DNA from: Takakia lepidozioides
Lineage: Eukaryota; Plantae; Bryophyta
DNA length: 64,000 bases
NCBI GenBank assembly: GCA_030704615.1
Contig: CM060734.1
Location: 13,454,001 to 13,518,000 of the forward strand
Direction: 5' to 3'
In this document: piece by piece, positions 25,675 to 38,579 of the stretch
How positions within the stretch are numbered: the first letter of the stretch is position 1
How the letters are laid out: each line of letters starts with the position of its first letter
Program-made: the position numbers and the translations under genes
Notes under the pieces: generated by a model
Databases searched by the model: none
What the model saw: the letters and a program-made list of their open reading frames with translations, nothing else
What the model was told of the DNA's origin: nothing

Positions 25675-27900
25675 GAAAGAGAGAGAGTGTGTACTCATAA
25701 GACGTTGTTTGCCATAGACCCCGCGCCCAGTTTGGGCGGAACAAAAGGGACCAGAAACTACCTTTGTGAGGGGCTCACTCAGCTAGTGTGACTTACCTTG
25801 GTATAAACAATTGTTCGGGCTCTAGAAAGGCCTTCACCCAAGCATCCATCTGCTATCTGAGCAGCCCAAAAGTTAGACCAATAGGGCCAGGGCTTTAGGC
25901 TCAGCCTCAAGATTTTGAAAGTTCATGAACATAGGTGCCAGGACAATGTTCTTGATCGTCCTCAAGAGGGTCACTCCTTGGTGAGAATATCCCAGACAAT
26001 GAATCAGAAAATACAGGTTGCCCGCACATCAGGCAATTACAATCTCCTCTTCCTCTCTGCATCTGTTTATTGTTCAAGGGTAGACTTCCCCGCCCTGAGT
26101 TTAAATTCAGTCTAATGCCAAGAGTAGGTAGGCCCTTGGGATCATCCTTAAGGTCCTCCCCCATGTCATAGACGGGAAACAAGTTCAGGGAAGTTTTATG
26201 ACTACTTCATCGGACAGTCTTTGGGCATCGGACATGGCTTTGGGAACAACCCCCTCCAGGTTAGCTTCATCCAGTAGGGTCAATTCTTCTGGACTGACAT
26301 TCAGATACTTACGTTGTATTGCATAGCCTTGTGGCCATACACCCCGCACCCAGTTTGGGTGGAACAAAAGGGAACAGACACTACCTTTGTAAGGGGCTCA
26401 CTCCAGTAGTGGGACTTAACGTGATATTGGGGTTTGTTCGGGCTTTCTAGATTTCCTCGAGAAAGCCCTTCACACAAGCATCACTCTGCTGTGTGTGGTC
26501 AGCCCAGCAGTTAGACCACGGCTTTAGGCTCAACCTCGGTTTTTGAAAATTGGTGAACAGAGATGCAGGGACTCTGGTCTTGACATGCCTGAAGAGGGTC
26601 TCTCTCTGATGAGAATACCCTGGACATTGTATCGGAATATGGATATTGTCTTCAGGGTGCCCGCACATTGGGCATTGACAATCTCCCTCTATTGTTCAAA
26701 GGTAGACTACCCCCCCTGAGTTTAAATTTCAGTCTTGTGCCAAGGGTATGCCCTTCAGGTCATCCTCAAGGTCCTCACCCATGTCGCACAGACTGGAAAC
26801 AAGTTCAGGGAAGTTTATGCCTAACTTTGTTCCCACATTCTGCGTGCTTCCAACATAGCCTTAGACACGTCATCTTCCGACTGAGCTTCATCTAGCAGGG
26901 TCAGTTCTTCTTGCCTAATATTCAGGTACTTGAAAATCTCCACTACCCTTTTCTGCCAGGACTAAGCCTGTTTAACAGGATGGTCTTGCTTCCAAGAAAT
27001 ACAGTTGATCATCTTACATACTTGGCATGCGATTCAACAGACCCCACCATCTCACCTTGAACTCATCGCATCGAGAGCTCAAGGGCAGTACACCAAACTC
27101 GCCCCGAACAGCTATGTTCGCTGTTCTAGAGTACGCTCACATGCTCTCTTTGAGCACCTAAAGCTGAATGGATTCTAAAGTTTTAGCATGGTTGAAGTTT
27201 CCTTCCCGTACAGCAGATGCGTATCCTTTTCCGGCAGGGCTTAGCCAATTTAACAGGATGGTCTTGCTTCCAAGAAATCCAGTTGATCATCTTAGGGTAT
27301 CTGCTCAAGGGTGGTATGCCAAACTCGCCCTGAACAACCACGCTGTTCTAGAGCACACTGACATGCTCTCTTTGAGAGCCAAAAGCTGAATGGATTGTTG
27401 CCAACCCACGCGGCAGATGCAACTCCAAGGTAGGTCTAGTATCATTACAAAGTATGGTCCATTTAAGAATGTACTCATAAGACTTCGTTGCCGTAGCCTT
27501 GTGGCCAGAGAACCCGCACCCAGTTTGGATGGAAACATAGGGAATAGGTACTACCTTTGTGAGGGGCTCACTCCAGTAGTGTGACTTACCTTGGTATAAA
27601 CAATTAGTTCGGGCTTCTAGATATCCTCTATATAGCCCTTCACACCAGCATCAATCTGCTGTGGGTGAGCAGCAATTAGACCCCAACACGGCCAGGGCTG
27701 TAGGCTCAGCCTCGTGATTTTGAAAGTTGGTGAACAGAGGTGCAGGAACATGGCCCCTTTGAGAGAGAGAGAGAGACTGTAGACTTTGTTTGCTGTAGCC
27801 TTGTGGCCATTGTGGCGCCCAGTATGGACAGAGTTTGGATGGAAACAGAGGGAATAGACAGTACCTTTGTGAGGGGCTCACTCCAGTAGTGGACTTAGTT
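25675..27900 (-). mobile_element. Four head-to-tail 5'-truncated copies of one non-LTR retroelement 3' end
   Basis: A shared block CAGTTTGG..GGAA...TACCTTTGTGAGGGGCTCACTC recurs at ~25728, 26351, 27521 and 27832. Minus strand encodes a C-terminal zinc finger (CPMCGHPEDNIHIPIQCP) and RT remnants (VVEIFKYL, YV.DDQ). Confidence 0.7.
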
Positions 27901-29753
27901 CAGGCTTCCAGGTATCCAGAGAGACATTTCCAGAGAGAGAATGACATTACCTCCCCAGCCAGCATCACATGGAGGACACCTTATAGGCTTTCGTGGGTTG
28001 AGACCATAATCAAGATTTCCTCTTCCGGTAGCAGCAATAGCCCGTGCACATGCCATAACCACAGGTTGAGCTCTTGGAACTCTATTAGGTCTCAGTCCAC
28101 ATAGCTTCAACACCTGGCTTCCACCAGCGCCTGTACGGTACAAATATCCATAATCCAGTTACTTCAGAGTTTGCTAAGAATTTACTCCAAAAATTTGTCT
28201 CAACACATCCCCCTTCATTCAAAGTGTCCCCGGCTACCACAAAGGAATCAAGGGCCCCAACAAAGAAGGGGCCCGTGCACATCATGGCCACAATATCAAT
28301 AATTCCCCTGAAACCATCAAAAGCCGCAAGAAAGTTTGGTTGCCACACAAACACAGAAATACTAGAAAATATGCACAGACCTTGAGAAAAAACAGTTCCA
28401 GTACTGTGCCCCAACCCCTGCCTTATGTCTCTTCCTGCGAAATAAGACCCTCTTCCCCAGAGAAAGCCCGCTGGAACTCCATCAGCCTCAGACAAACCAA
28501 AGCTTCCCATGCCACTGATGCTCCTCCCTTCATCATGCCCCACACCAGAACTCCGGCCAACCACAGAATTGCCACCTGTGCGAAAGCCCAAGGACCCACT
28601 TGTTCCAAGACGCCCCATTTGACTCCTTCTGTTGAAGTCAATGCTTCCTGCCAGAAGTATCCGGACCCCCTCCCCATGGAAAGAGGATTTGTGAGCCAAC
28701 AACTACCCACCTAGCCCTATCGTGGTTGGTTGCAGAGCCTCCTTCCAGTAAGTTCCCACCAAGGTGGGATTCCAAATCAGCCTGCCAAGGACTCCCTCCT
28801 GGTTTGGACTTTGGAGTAGTGTGCCTTGGATTATCATCAGTGTCAAAACCTGCATTTGCACCTGCGCCTTCACCTTTGATGGCCTCCAGGCCTCCACCCA
28901 CTGCTATGGGGCATTTGCCACCATCTGGGCCTGACAAGGCCCAACCTTCAGTCCCTAGTCCTTCTGCGCTCCTCATTTTACTGCCAGGTGTCCCAGTTTC
29001 ACCACCATACACCCCCCACTACAGTCCAAACTTTTGCTCCTTCTGCATTTTGAAGGCCCTGCAAAAGGGAATGGTCTTAATAAGACTTAATTGTGCACAA
29101 AACCTCTCTTTTCGACCCTTCCTCTCCCAAATCCATCATTTGATATTAACTTCCCCCTCTAATGGACAGCTGTGTTCAATACCAGCTCTGTCTAGCTTCC
29201 TTAAACAGTGTAAAGGGAGTACGGGCAAGAAGTACGTGTGATGTAAAAAGAGGTATAGGATGAGAGGAATAGGATGAGAGGGGGAGCACGATGCTTCACT
29301 AGGAAATTTGCACTTGTTGACAACCGGTATTCCACCATGAAATAAACAAGCTGTGTGCAAGCCCGATCAAGCTTTCTGGCAGAAGAGGAGGGCATGTACT
29401 CCTTTTCAGACTAACAAACAATCTACCGCAGATTTTTGTCCGTTTGGCACCGTAAAAACGTGGTTTTTTCCCTTTGTATTTGCAGGGACGTTATCTGACG
29501 GAATACCACGTCAACAGCTGGCAGGGACCTTACGGCGAGATCCCTCCCTTTGTCTATTTTATTTAATGCGTCTTTATTTCGCACGTGCCGCACGCGCCCC
29601 CCCTCCTGGGCACTACCGTACTTACCTAGCTTATTAGGCACGTCCGGGCCTAATAATTAATAAAAATGGAATATTATTAGGCAGATTCGTTTTTATTATT
29701 TAGGCACCTCAACTAGGTAATTTCCAAATATTAGGCATGTATTTCAGTCGACC

Positions 29754-30020
29754 AGGCTGGATAATGATGAACAATAATTTTTGACCTCCCTCAAAACTTT
29801 TGTTGAGGTTATTATATTTAGGCTGGATAATGATGAACAATAGTTTTTGACCTCCCTCAAAACTTTTGTTGAGGTTATTATATTTAGGCTGGATAATGAT
29901 GAACAATAGTTTTTGACCTCCCTCAAAAACTATTGTTGAGGTTATTTTATTTAGGCTGGATAATGATGAACAATAGTTTTTGACCTCCCTCAAAAACTAT
30001 TGTTGAGGTTATTTTATTTA
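29754..30020. repeat. Minisatellite, 4 x 66-67 bp
   Basis: AGGCTGGATAATGATGAACAAT...CCTCAAAAC..TGTTGAGG units start at 29754, 29820, 29886 and 29953. Confidence 0.95.
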
Positions 30021-30653
30021 AAAAACACATAATGTTTGATATGTGATAAAAGAATGGCTGCAGTGAAGGTTGTACGCACCTACATGCCTGGTACTGCCTA
30101 AACCCCAAACCTTTCCAATTGGTTTTTTGGTTAGTGTCTCTACATACCGTACTTTTACCTAGGTTGGGCAGGTTGGAGGCGAGGGAAGTGGCAGGGCGTC
30201 AGAGGTACTTACGGCAACAGCCACAGTTAGAAGCTCGAGGCTGCAGATATCATCAGACTAGGACGTACTAGGAGGGCGCCTCATACTAAGAGGTACTATG
30301 ATTGTTTAGAAGGTACTGGAACTCTTGCTCTAAGCATGTGGCAGTGTGAACACTAAAAGCACTTGAGATGATTACCCACAAATTTGAAAGTACAAAAGGA
30401 CCTACCAAGTGGTTATTACAGTGACCCACACACTAAATTTCAAAAGTAATGATTGCATTTTGATTACATATTTGTGAAGGGCTTTTACATATGAATTGGA
30501 CCCTCTCTCAAACTGTGAATGCATCTTCAATTTGACATTTTTGGACTTTGATTGTTGTTAATTGTTATGCACAATGCAGGTGCCAGCACCATGCCGCAAT
30601 CCAAAAACCTGCAGCATGGCGTATTCATCTCTGCAGCTGAAGATCCACCACCG

Positions 30654-31505
30654 CAGTGGGCATTCTCTTTCAGCAACAAGTTCTTCTCTGATGCAGGGGG
30701 CCTTCTGATATTTCAATCTGACAACATGGCATCCCGCCGGATTCTTCATAGCTACATGAAGTCCTCTGGGTTCCAAATCAACAAAATATGGACATGTGTT
30801 AATACACTGCCTCTGTCGAAGGGGGAGTTTCCAGGGCAGAAGGTATTTCCTGTAACTTTCATTGTCTTTGTTCGTGTTGTCGTGGAATACCCATAGTTGC
30901 TGACATATTTTTGTTGGTACTGGTGCAGACCCATGTGTTCAAGGTGATTTGCCTGTCACGAATTCGGCCTGCCAACACTCCAGATTATGTTGGGCATTTC
31001 GACGTTTGGGGAGGAGGTCTGCACATAGACCCAGAATGCGACCAGTCGAATCTAATGTTGTTCACAACTATGTGGATGCGTCCCAGACTCTGAAAAAGGC
31101 TGGAGGAATTCCATGGAGAGGTGCCCGGGAGAAGTCGCCCGCGTTCATGCAGACCTTCATTGAGACATGCAGCCGGCATGGTGGCAAAGTGGTTGACCTC
31201 TCCATGGGCACAAGTGCGTGCTGAAACTCTTCTCCATTCTTTGTTGCACATGTTCCTCTCCTGTTGTGGCTTGTGACATGTTTTCGTGCTTTCATTTGCT
31301 ATCCTGCAGGGGCTTCGTTCCATGCCTACAAATATGCAAGAAGACATCTTTTTGGGTTTGAGGGGGAAGATGAGCTTTACTCCGGGTCATCACTCCACTG
31401 TTTGAGGGATCCTTGCATTTGACCCAGACTGAGAAGATTGTGGAGGAGCAATATCTGCAAGAGCCGGATGCTCTGGATGTGGATTTGGATTTTTCATGTG
31501 AGTAA
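30654..31505 (+). pseudogene. 3' exons of a second ParB-methyltransferase family gene (methyltransferase C-half); exons ~30654-30842, ~30929-31213, ~31309-31505
   Basis: QWAFSFSNKFFSDAGGLL...WTCVNTLPLSKGEFPGQK / GIPWRGAREKSPAFMQTFIETCSRHGGKVVDLSMGT / GASFHAYKYARRHLFGFE...DVDLDFSCE*. Homologous to 56394-57395 with the same intron positions; frameshifted. Confidence 0.8.
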
Positions 31506-31630
31506 GTGCATTGTCGATGGTGAGGCTGGGGTGATGACCAGTCATAGCATCATTGTTTCTCCTGTGGTGAGGTTGGAGGTGATGACCAGCCAACCATAGG
31601 AGTGCCTGCGGTGGATGCAGGTGCAGGCTA

Positions 31631-32604
31631 TGTTAGGAACCTAGTATTCCAAACCATTAGTCGCAATAGGTTCTCTACCTGTGTCGAGCGGCTTTTACTC
31701 ACTCATTCCTTAGCTATCCGAGGGGGAAACTCCAAGGTAGAAGAGTTGGAAATCTCTAAGTACTCAGCCCGCTCAGAACAATCAGTCATGACCTACAACT
31801 AGTGTATCATGGGGATGCTTCCTATTTGTATTCCTTCTCGCATTCATGTTAACAAGTTACCTTACTGTCTATGATTAAGTATCAGATTGCTTCTGCAATC
31901 TACCATGTTCCATCTACTCAAGCATTCATTCCACAGCTTCATTCATATCTCTCTACATAGTGTGAATATGAAATATGAATCATATTAATATCTATCATGT
32001 ATCAGGCCGAAGCCATGGTGTCTCTAATCTGCTCTACAGTGCATCTCTACAGCTTGCATGTATCAAACATCATCTCGTCGTATCTTCTCCTCTGTGTAAA
32101 CTCCATCCTTGTGCTCCCAGAACGTGCTCCCCACCGTGATGCCAAAAACATATCCAAGCCGTGATCTTCCCCCTGACGTCCAAGAAGAGCTCTCAGAAGT
32201 GCCCCCTCCATGTTGCTACTCTGCTTATTCTACCTGCAAGTTGTTCTAACCGCCTAACTAACTAACTGTCATTCAAAACAGAACACACGTTCCCTCTGCA
32301 GATGTCATTCCCACACAGTCATTCCCTGCCAATGATAACCGTTCCCTGTGAACGCTGTGACGGGCTGTGCCAAGCTGTGTCAGGCTGTGACTGGCTGTGT
32401 CAGGCTGTGTCTGACTGTGGCAGGCTGTGATAGGCTGTGTAAGCCTGTGACTGACTGTGTGAGTCTGTCTACCACCCCTAAGGTCTGTGTCTGTCACCCC
32501 TAAGGCCTGTGTTGGTCTGAGTCTACCATCCGTAAGTCTGCGCAAAATTAAGGGTACCCCAAAGAACCCGTAAAACTGTCTAAGTCCCAGACAACCCTCT
32601 AACA
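31631..32604 (-). mobile_element. 3' LTR of a minus-strand LTR retrotransposon
   Basis: Termini TGTTAG...CTAACA; polypurine tract on minus strand (AGAGGGGGAGGGATAA) adjacent at 32605-32620; internal 10-bp GGCTGTGNCA-type repeats ~32355-32520. Confidence 0.8.
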
Positions 32605-35600
32605 TTATCCCTCCCCCTCTCAAAAAGCCATGTCCTCACGATTTACTGCTTAGGATGAGCAAACCTTTGTGAATGAGCACCCTCCTGCCGGTGAGAGTCC
32701 CTCGGAGGGCTCTATGTGTGAGCCCGAGCCATGTCACTGGCTGGGGGGAATGATTGTCGACTAGATGGATCTGACTGTCCTGCCTTAGGCTGATATGGAG
32801 GTAACTTTTCAGGCATAGGAGATCCCCGTCGTTTCTTCTCCGCCATTTGTATCGCATAATCCTCTGCCATGTCAAAATTCTCGTCCATAAAACCAGTAGT
32901 ATCTGAATCATCTTCCCCCCGTTGGCCGTACTGTTTCCTGTCCTTCGGTGGCTTCGAAGGAATCTCCGCAGCTCATCATCTGTATAGCTGAGTGGTGTGC
33001 CAATGACTTTGGAGAAGTGTAGCCACTTCCTGGCTTCATGCCCCTTGGGAAAAATGTGGTCAAGACCCAAGTTCTCCTTGGCTAAGTTCTCCAAAGCAAA
33101 AGTAAACCAAGAACGGGGTTGGGGATCCTTCTGAAGCATGATCCTTACATCATACAGATATATATGTGGTGGAACTGAAGGTAACGTCCAATGCTCCCCA
33201 CTGGAATAAGTCTGAAATCTCATCTGCATCTTCTGCTGCTCAATGTGAAAGCGTGAAATAAAACAAACAGCATAATACAGTCAACAACCCATGACCAAAC
33301 TAGGTACCTCCTTGGTTTTGGTGTAAATGAATCCATGAACAATCTGGAAGGCAATTAATTCCTTCAGCATGGTTCCTGCCTCAAACCAGTACCGCGCAAA
33401 ATGGTGATCTTCAATGGGTCTACCAGTTGGAAGAACTTTAGTCCGAGTTGCCACTGGCAACCAAATGCGCATAATCTGGTAATAGTGTGCCAAAGACTAT
33501 GGTGGACTGAATTCTTTCCAAGCCAAATCCATAACAATGGGAATTTGGTTGAAGGGTAGAATCATAGCCCGATTGTATTCAAGTGCAGTAGGTGTAGTAG
33601 GTGGGTTAAAAGAAGCATCACCCCAAACCTCAGAGAGTGAGTGTTGCAGTGCCATGGTATCAACACTGTCGACCTGGTGTGGCTGCTGTGATGTTGTTGC
33701 CACAGTCCCTCCTGATGTTGGCAAGTCTTGTACTTCCTGTGCTGAAGATTGGAAAATCAAAGTCTTTGCGTGCAAATAAGTAGCCATGAGCTGTTCCTCA
33801 GGAACAAAGGTCATTTTGTCAATGTTGAAGCTTAAGTCATCCACTTGAGTCTGAAGCCCTTCTACATCCTCCTGCAACTCAGCTATCCGACTATAGACAT
33901 TGTCTATAGTGGTTGTGGCAATGTTCTGCACCCGTAGCCTGAGATCATTCATCTCGTCTTGGGTGAGCTTTCTTGGTGCTTTTCCTTCCACTGACCCTTG
34001 TGTTAACCACTCTTGCAAAAGGTGATTATCCACCAAGTCCTGTGTAACACCACGGAGATCCTGCTCCTCCTTGAGCCGGTATGTTTCCAACTGCTGTTGT
34101 AAACTCTCCATGCGCTTTGCATGAGGCTCAACCAGAGCTGCATAGGCATCTGACAGATTATTGACTTCTTTCCAGGCCCTTTCACTCACAGAAAGCTTAT
34201 TCTCCCGTACTGTGATTGTTTGCTGCAATTCAAAGATGTACATGTCCTTCTGGGCATCGACCTGGTGGAACGCTGAATGGTATCCTCATTGCGACAGAGA
34301 GTATCCTTCATGTCAGCAATGAGTTTCCCCTTTTCCATTACCTCTGTTCCGCCGTTATACACCGCTCAGCTTGCTTCTTGACCTCCATTGCAGCCATCTC
34401 TAGATGAGTCGTTAGTGTGGCACACTGTAGGAGCACTTTCTGATTGACTGTTTCCAATTCCGCATGAAGCAACTTCACTTCATGCAACTTGCCTTCATGC
34501 TGAACCTGCATCTGGTATAGCTGCTACTTATGCACTTCATGCAACTTCTCCTGCTCAAGACCCGCTCCAATTAAATTCTCCTTCGCAAGCTGTAGGGCAG
34601 CTTTAGTGTCCTCCAACTCTTCCTTCAACTTGAGGTTGGCCTCCACATCCACCTTGTTTGCACACTCAATGGCAATTCTTGCCTCAAGCTCTTGCTTGAG
34701 CTCCTCCCGCAATGCTGCCAATTGAGTGGGGTAAAAATGAGAAGTTACCTAATGAGGCAACGGTCAATCAACAACATGAATTTTGTGCAAGAGACTCCAT
34801 TCAAGAAACAAGAACAAGAAATTAAGAAGATTATGAGCGGAAGAAGGTGTTATTCCGGATAACCAGTGTCTCGACGGGAGGGGCAATCAAAGCTATAGCT
34901 TTGTAGCTATGGCGGATATCACGGACTATCCACTAGCTCTACTTCTTACGCAGTGGCGCAAGGAAGGACAGGTCGAAAGTACTTTCTCTCTCACTCACTA
35001 TTTGCAAGCCCCGCAAGCTTACACCCACTTGTCTGTTCCATTCTGTGCTAATCACACTTTCATGCTATACGCATTACAAGCTTTCCTACAGTTATTCCAA
35101 ACAAGGCCTTCTTGTTTGTCCGGGATGAAGCGAATTAGAGAAATGGAGGATCTACGAGTGAAGAGCACGACGATCTTATAAAGGCAAACAATCGCCACAC
35201 CACAGGCAGTGCAGCTGCTGAAGGAGCTGCGGTTGGAGGGGTTGTTGCGCAAAGAATGGTCTTTGCATCATCGGGATTTGATGATCCAGTTCGTCAAGAA
35301 CTTTGAGCCAAAGACGGGAGTTACCCAGGTGAAGGGCATAGATATACAAGTTACTCCGTAGTACTTGCAACAGCTTTTTGAATTACCATATGGTAATGTA
35401 AGCGTGGACGAGCACAGGACACGATTGCAAGTAGGGGATCTTTTCCAAGAAACGAGTTTCTTCAGGACCAGGGATTCACTTGCACCAAAGCCCAATATCC
35501 AGGGTTGAGGGAAATTGGCCAGATACTAAATATTATGTTTGCCATGAAACAGAATCAACAGTATCTTAGCATATCTTTTACGGAGGAGGTTTTGAAAGCC

Positions 35601-36490
35601 TTCAGAGGAGAGGATGTAGCTTGGGCAGAGATGATGCACAGTGGTCTGGTGGAGGAGATGAAATGATTACAAACTACTGCTGCCAAGTCCCCAATCATTG
35701 TGTCTGGCCCAATTATTGCACAGATTATCTTTGATTCTTGCTTGCTTGATGCGCAAGAACGCAAGGTAATGGGGGTGTTGAGGCAGCCACAACTACAGTT
35801 GAGGAGCAAGGCTCTTCATAAGGTGAATGGGGATTAGAGAGGCAGCACCACTCCAAGAGACAAAAGAGGGAAGCAACTGTAATGGCGGATCCACTTGCCA
35901 CAAGGAATCCACACGATGATATTTCCATAGCTCCTGCACAGGATGGGGTGTAGCAGCATAATGGGTTGTTATTACTGGAAGTACAGCCATTAGAGAGGGA
36001 GACAGAAGTCACTTTAGTACCACGGCCAGCACAGCAAGCTGACCAAGTGCCCCAGTGGTAACTCATACTGGACTTGTTGTTACACCGGAACCTCTTACTG
36101 TGGAGAGAGAGGGATTGGACATCCCCACTACAGAGCAAATAGTGGCAGAAATTGAGAAGGGCGACCTTCTCTATGAAAACTCTAGCATGGTCGGAGACCC
36201 CATGGTACCAAAGATGCAGAGTCTGCCCAAGGAAATCCCTGTTGTGCAGGTTATGCCCAAACCTGTGGCGGAGGTTGAAGGGGTAAAGGGCAAGGGTACT
36301 GCAGCACCTGTGGAAGATGAGGTTGCTCAGGAAGAAGATCTTGTGGGATCATGGCCTGATTGGTTTGTGAAACATCAAACTGTAGAGAATCAGGAAGAAC
36401 AGCAACAGGTTTTCCATGAAGACCCACAACAGGCCATGTTCATGAGTTCCATAAGCAGGACTCTCAATCTGTTGGGCACCTATGTCAAAA
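32605..36490 (-). mobile_element. 3' internal region of the LTR element, with a disrupted coiled-coil ORF (- strand, 32636-34721) and an opposite-strand ORF (+, ~35140-36490)
   Basis: Adjacent to PPT/LTR; ORF-track fragments 33497-34243 and 34524-34721 look like coiled coils; no pol retained. Confidence 0.5.
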
Positions 36491-36499
36491 CTCATGTTC

Positions 36500-38390
36500 C
36501 TTCCGGGATATGAACAATTTCCCCAAACCAATGAACAACGCTGAGACTGGGGTGGTGACACCTGTGAGCGACCGCGCATTCGACACTTGGTTGCACAAAG
36601 CAACCTTCTGGAGCCAAGTGAGACTCTTAAAACATTCTCGCTGTTCCAGCAATGAGTACATGGTTTCTTCTGTTGAATAACTCAAAATTTGGCGGATGGT
36701 TGTGCAGCTGGAGAAGCGGGCAATTGATACTTTTGAGAAATCATTGTTGGACTACAAGATCACAATGACCACTCCTAGCATCAAGTTCCAATCATACGTT
36801 CGGAAATGGAGAAGAGAGCTGTGGAAGTATGTTTTTTTCCGTGAAGGAATGAGGCATTCTCCGCTCGCAGGACTTCGACCATCAGTATAACGGGGAGCAA
36901 GCAATGAAACGAGTTCTGTACAGGTACTGCCTTCTATGGTGATGGCACTACATTAAGGTGTCGTTGACGACATCTTAAAAGATGCATTGTCTATAGTGCA
37001 CATAGCAATTTTTCGGCATTAAACATAGAATTCCATGTATGGAGTGGGTCGATTTAAGGTGGCGTTGATGACACCTTAAATCGGTGCCTTTTGGGCTCTT
37101 GAAAGCTGGACAGTTGTACACTTCTGTTTCTTGTTCTTCTGCAGGTCTTCATTGTTTTGTTGTGCTTCCTGCGGTTTAAGATATCGTCAACGACATCTTA
37201 AAACAGGCATTCTTTTCTAGTCCAGCAAGTCATTTTTTGTCAGACAACAAAAAAATACCATGTGGGCAGGGGTCAATTTAAGATGGCGTTGACGACATCT
37301 TAAATGGCTGCTCTAAGGGCTCTGGGAAACGGTTGAGTTGAGCATGTCTGCTTCGTGTTCTTTTGCAGCTCTTCATTTTTTGTTCAACTTCCTGGAGTTT
37401 AAGATGTCGTCAACGACATCTTAATCTACAGTCTGAAAATCTGCAGTGAACAGGTAAGTTCTTGTGGTCTGTGGGGATATATGCTCTGAGGATGTTCACT
37501 TGTGTGGATGCAGGTACTTTCGCTTTGTTCTTATTCCAGATAAGGCTCTCAGTGATGATCCGGACTTCATTCGTGGATGGGCGAACCCAGACGACGACAC
37601 CACAATGTTCACTGCGGGAATTGTGAAGGACTGGGGTCGGGCTCATTACCGCGACTGCAGGTGGTACGTCGACTACCCGAGGCAGTCCACTCCATGGGAG
37701 GAGAACGTCTTGAGGAATCAGAATGAGAATGCAGATGCCTTGGCACCCCGGACAGATGAGGAGTTGCAGGCTAGGTTCCTTGTGCAGCTGAGTAAGAAGG
37801 AGCCAGCAAAGACGGCCACCCCCGTGGGTGGGAAGAAGAAAAACAAAGGGAAACAGACTGGGGAGGCAGGTGGGTCTGCCGGTGCTGCGGCTGGCGTTGA
37901 TGTTGGGTCAGGCCCTACAGGGACTGGTGGGGCAGTTCTTGATCGCCCACAGGCAAGTGATCGCATTGTGCGTACAAAGGTCCAGCAGATTTCCCTCCCA
38001 GCTGATGAAAGGACTAACCACATGGCAGGGAAATGCCCTTACAAAGCCCGACTTTGTGTCTCCAGAGTAGTGGGTCCGCACTTCCAGCGGAAAACGGCAT
38101 ACGTCAGCTTCCTGCGTATGATGGAGTCCAGGAAGTCCACATTCACAGGGGTCAAATCTCCTGCATGGGACCATCTCTGCTCTTTCCTCACCCTGGTAAT
38201 GCCCATGCATCTTTCAACTTTGATTCTCATTTCATGACATTGTGGGGTGTTGGATTTGGTGGATTAAGATGTCGTCAACGCCATCTTAATCCAGCAGTTC
38301 TTTGTACTGCCATTTCCCTGAATGAACACCAACCACCCAATTTGATTCGCTTGCATTTGCTTTTGGCAGGTGACCTATCGTTGTCCTGGG
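36500..38390 (+). pseudogene. Middle exons of a second ParB-methyltransferase family gene; exons ~36500-36617, 36708-36923, 37514-38195, 38370-truncated
   Basis: VSDRAFDTWLHKATFWSQ, EQAMKRV, LIPDKALSDDPDFIRGWA, FLRMMESRKSTF..V.S..WD.L.SFLT align with 57526-59400 (-) with matching introns. Confidence 0.85.
36953..38292. repeat. Six intronic ~26-bp palindromes TTAAGRTGTCG-TTGA-CGACAYCTTAA
   Basis: Copies at ~36953, 37051, 37175, 37276, 37399 and 38261. Confidence 0.95.
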
Positions 38391-38579
38391 TGTCGCTTAA
38401 AAGGGGGAAATTTGATTATTAAAGTTCTCATTTTGATTTTTAATTATTTAATTTCAATTTAAAGTCTGATTTTTTAGCAGGAAACCCGTAACCGACCCCT
38501 GAATGGACGGTATCCTACCGACTTGTCTACTGTCGCTATTAACAAATAACTAAACAGCTGACTACGACCCCTGAGCAGT

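Noticed and set aside
29709-29993. Repetitive ORFs in the ORF track
   Set aside because: They are translations of the 66-bp minisatellite.
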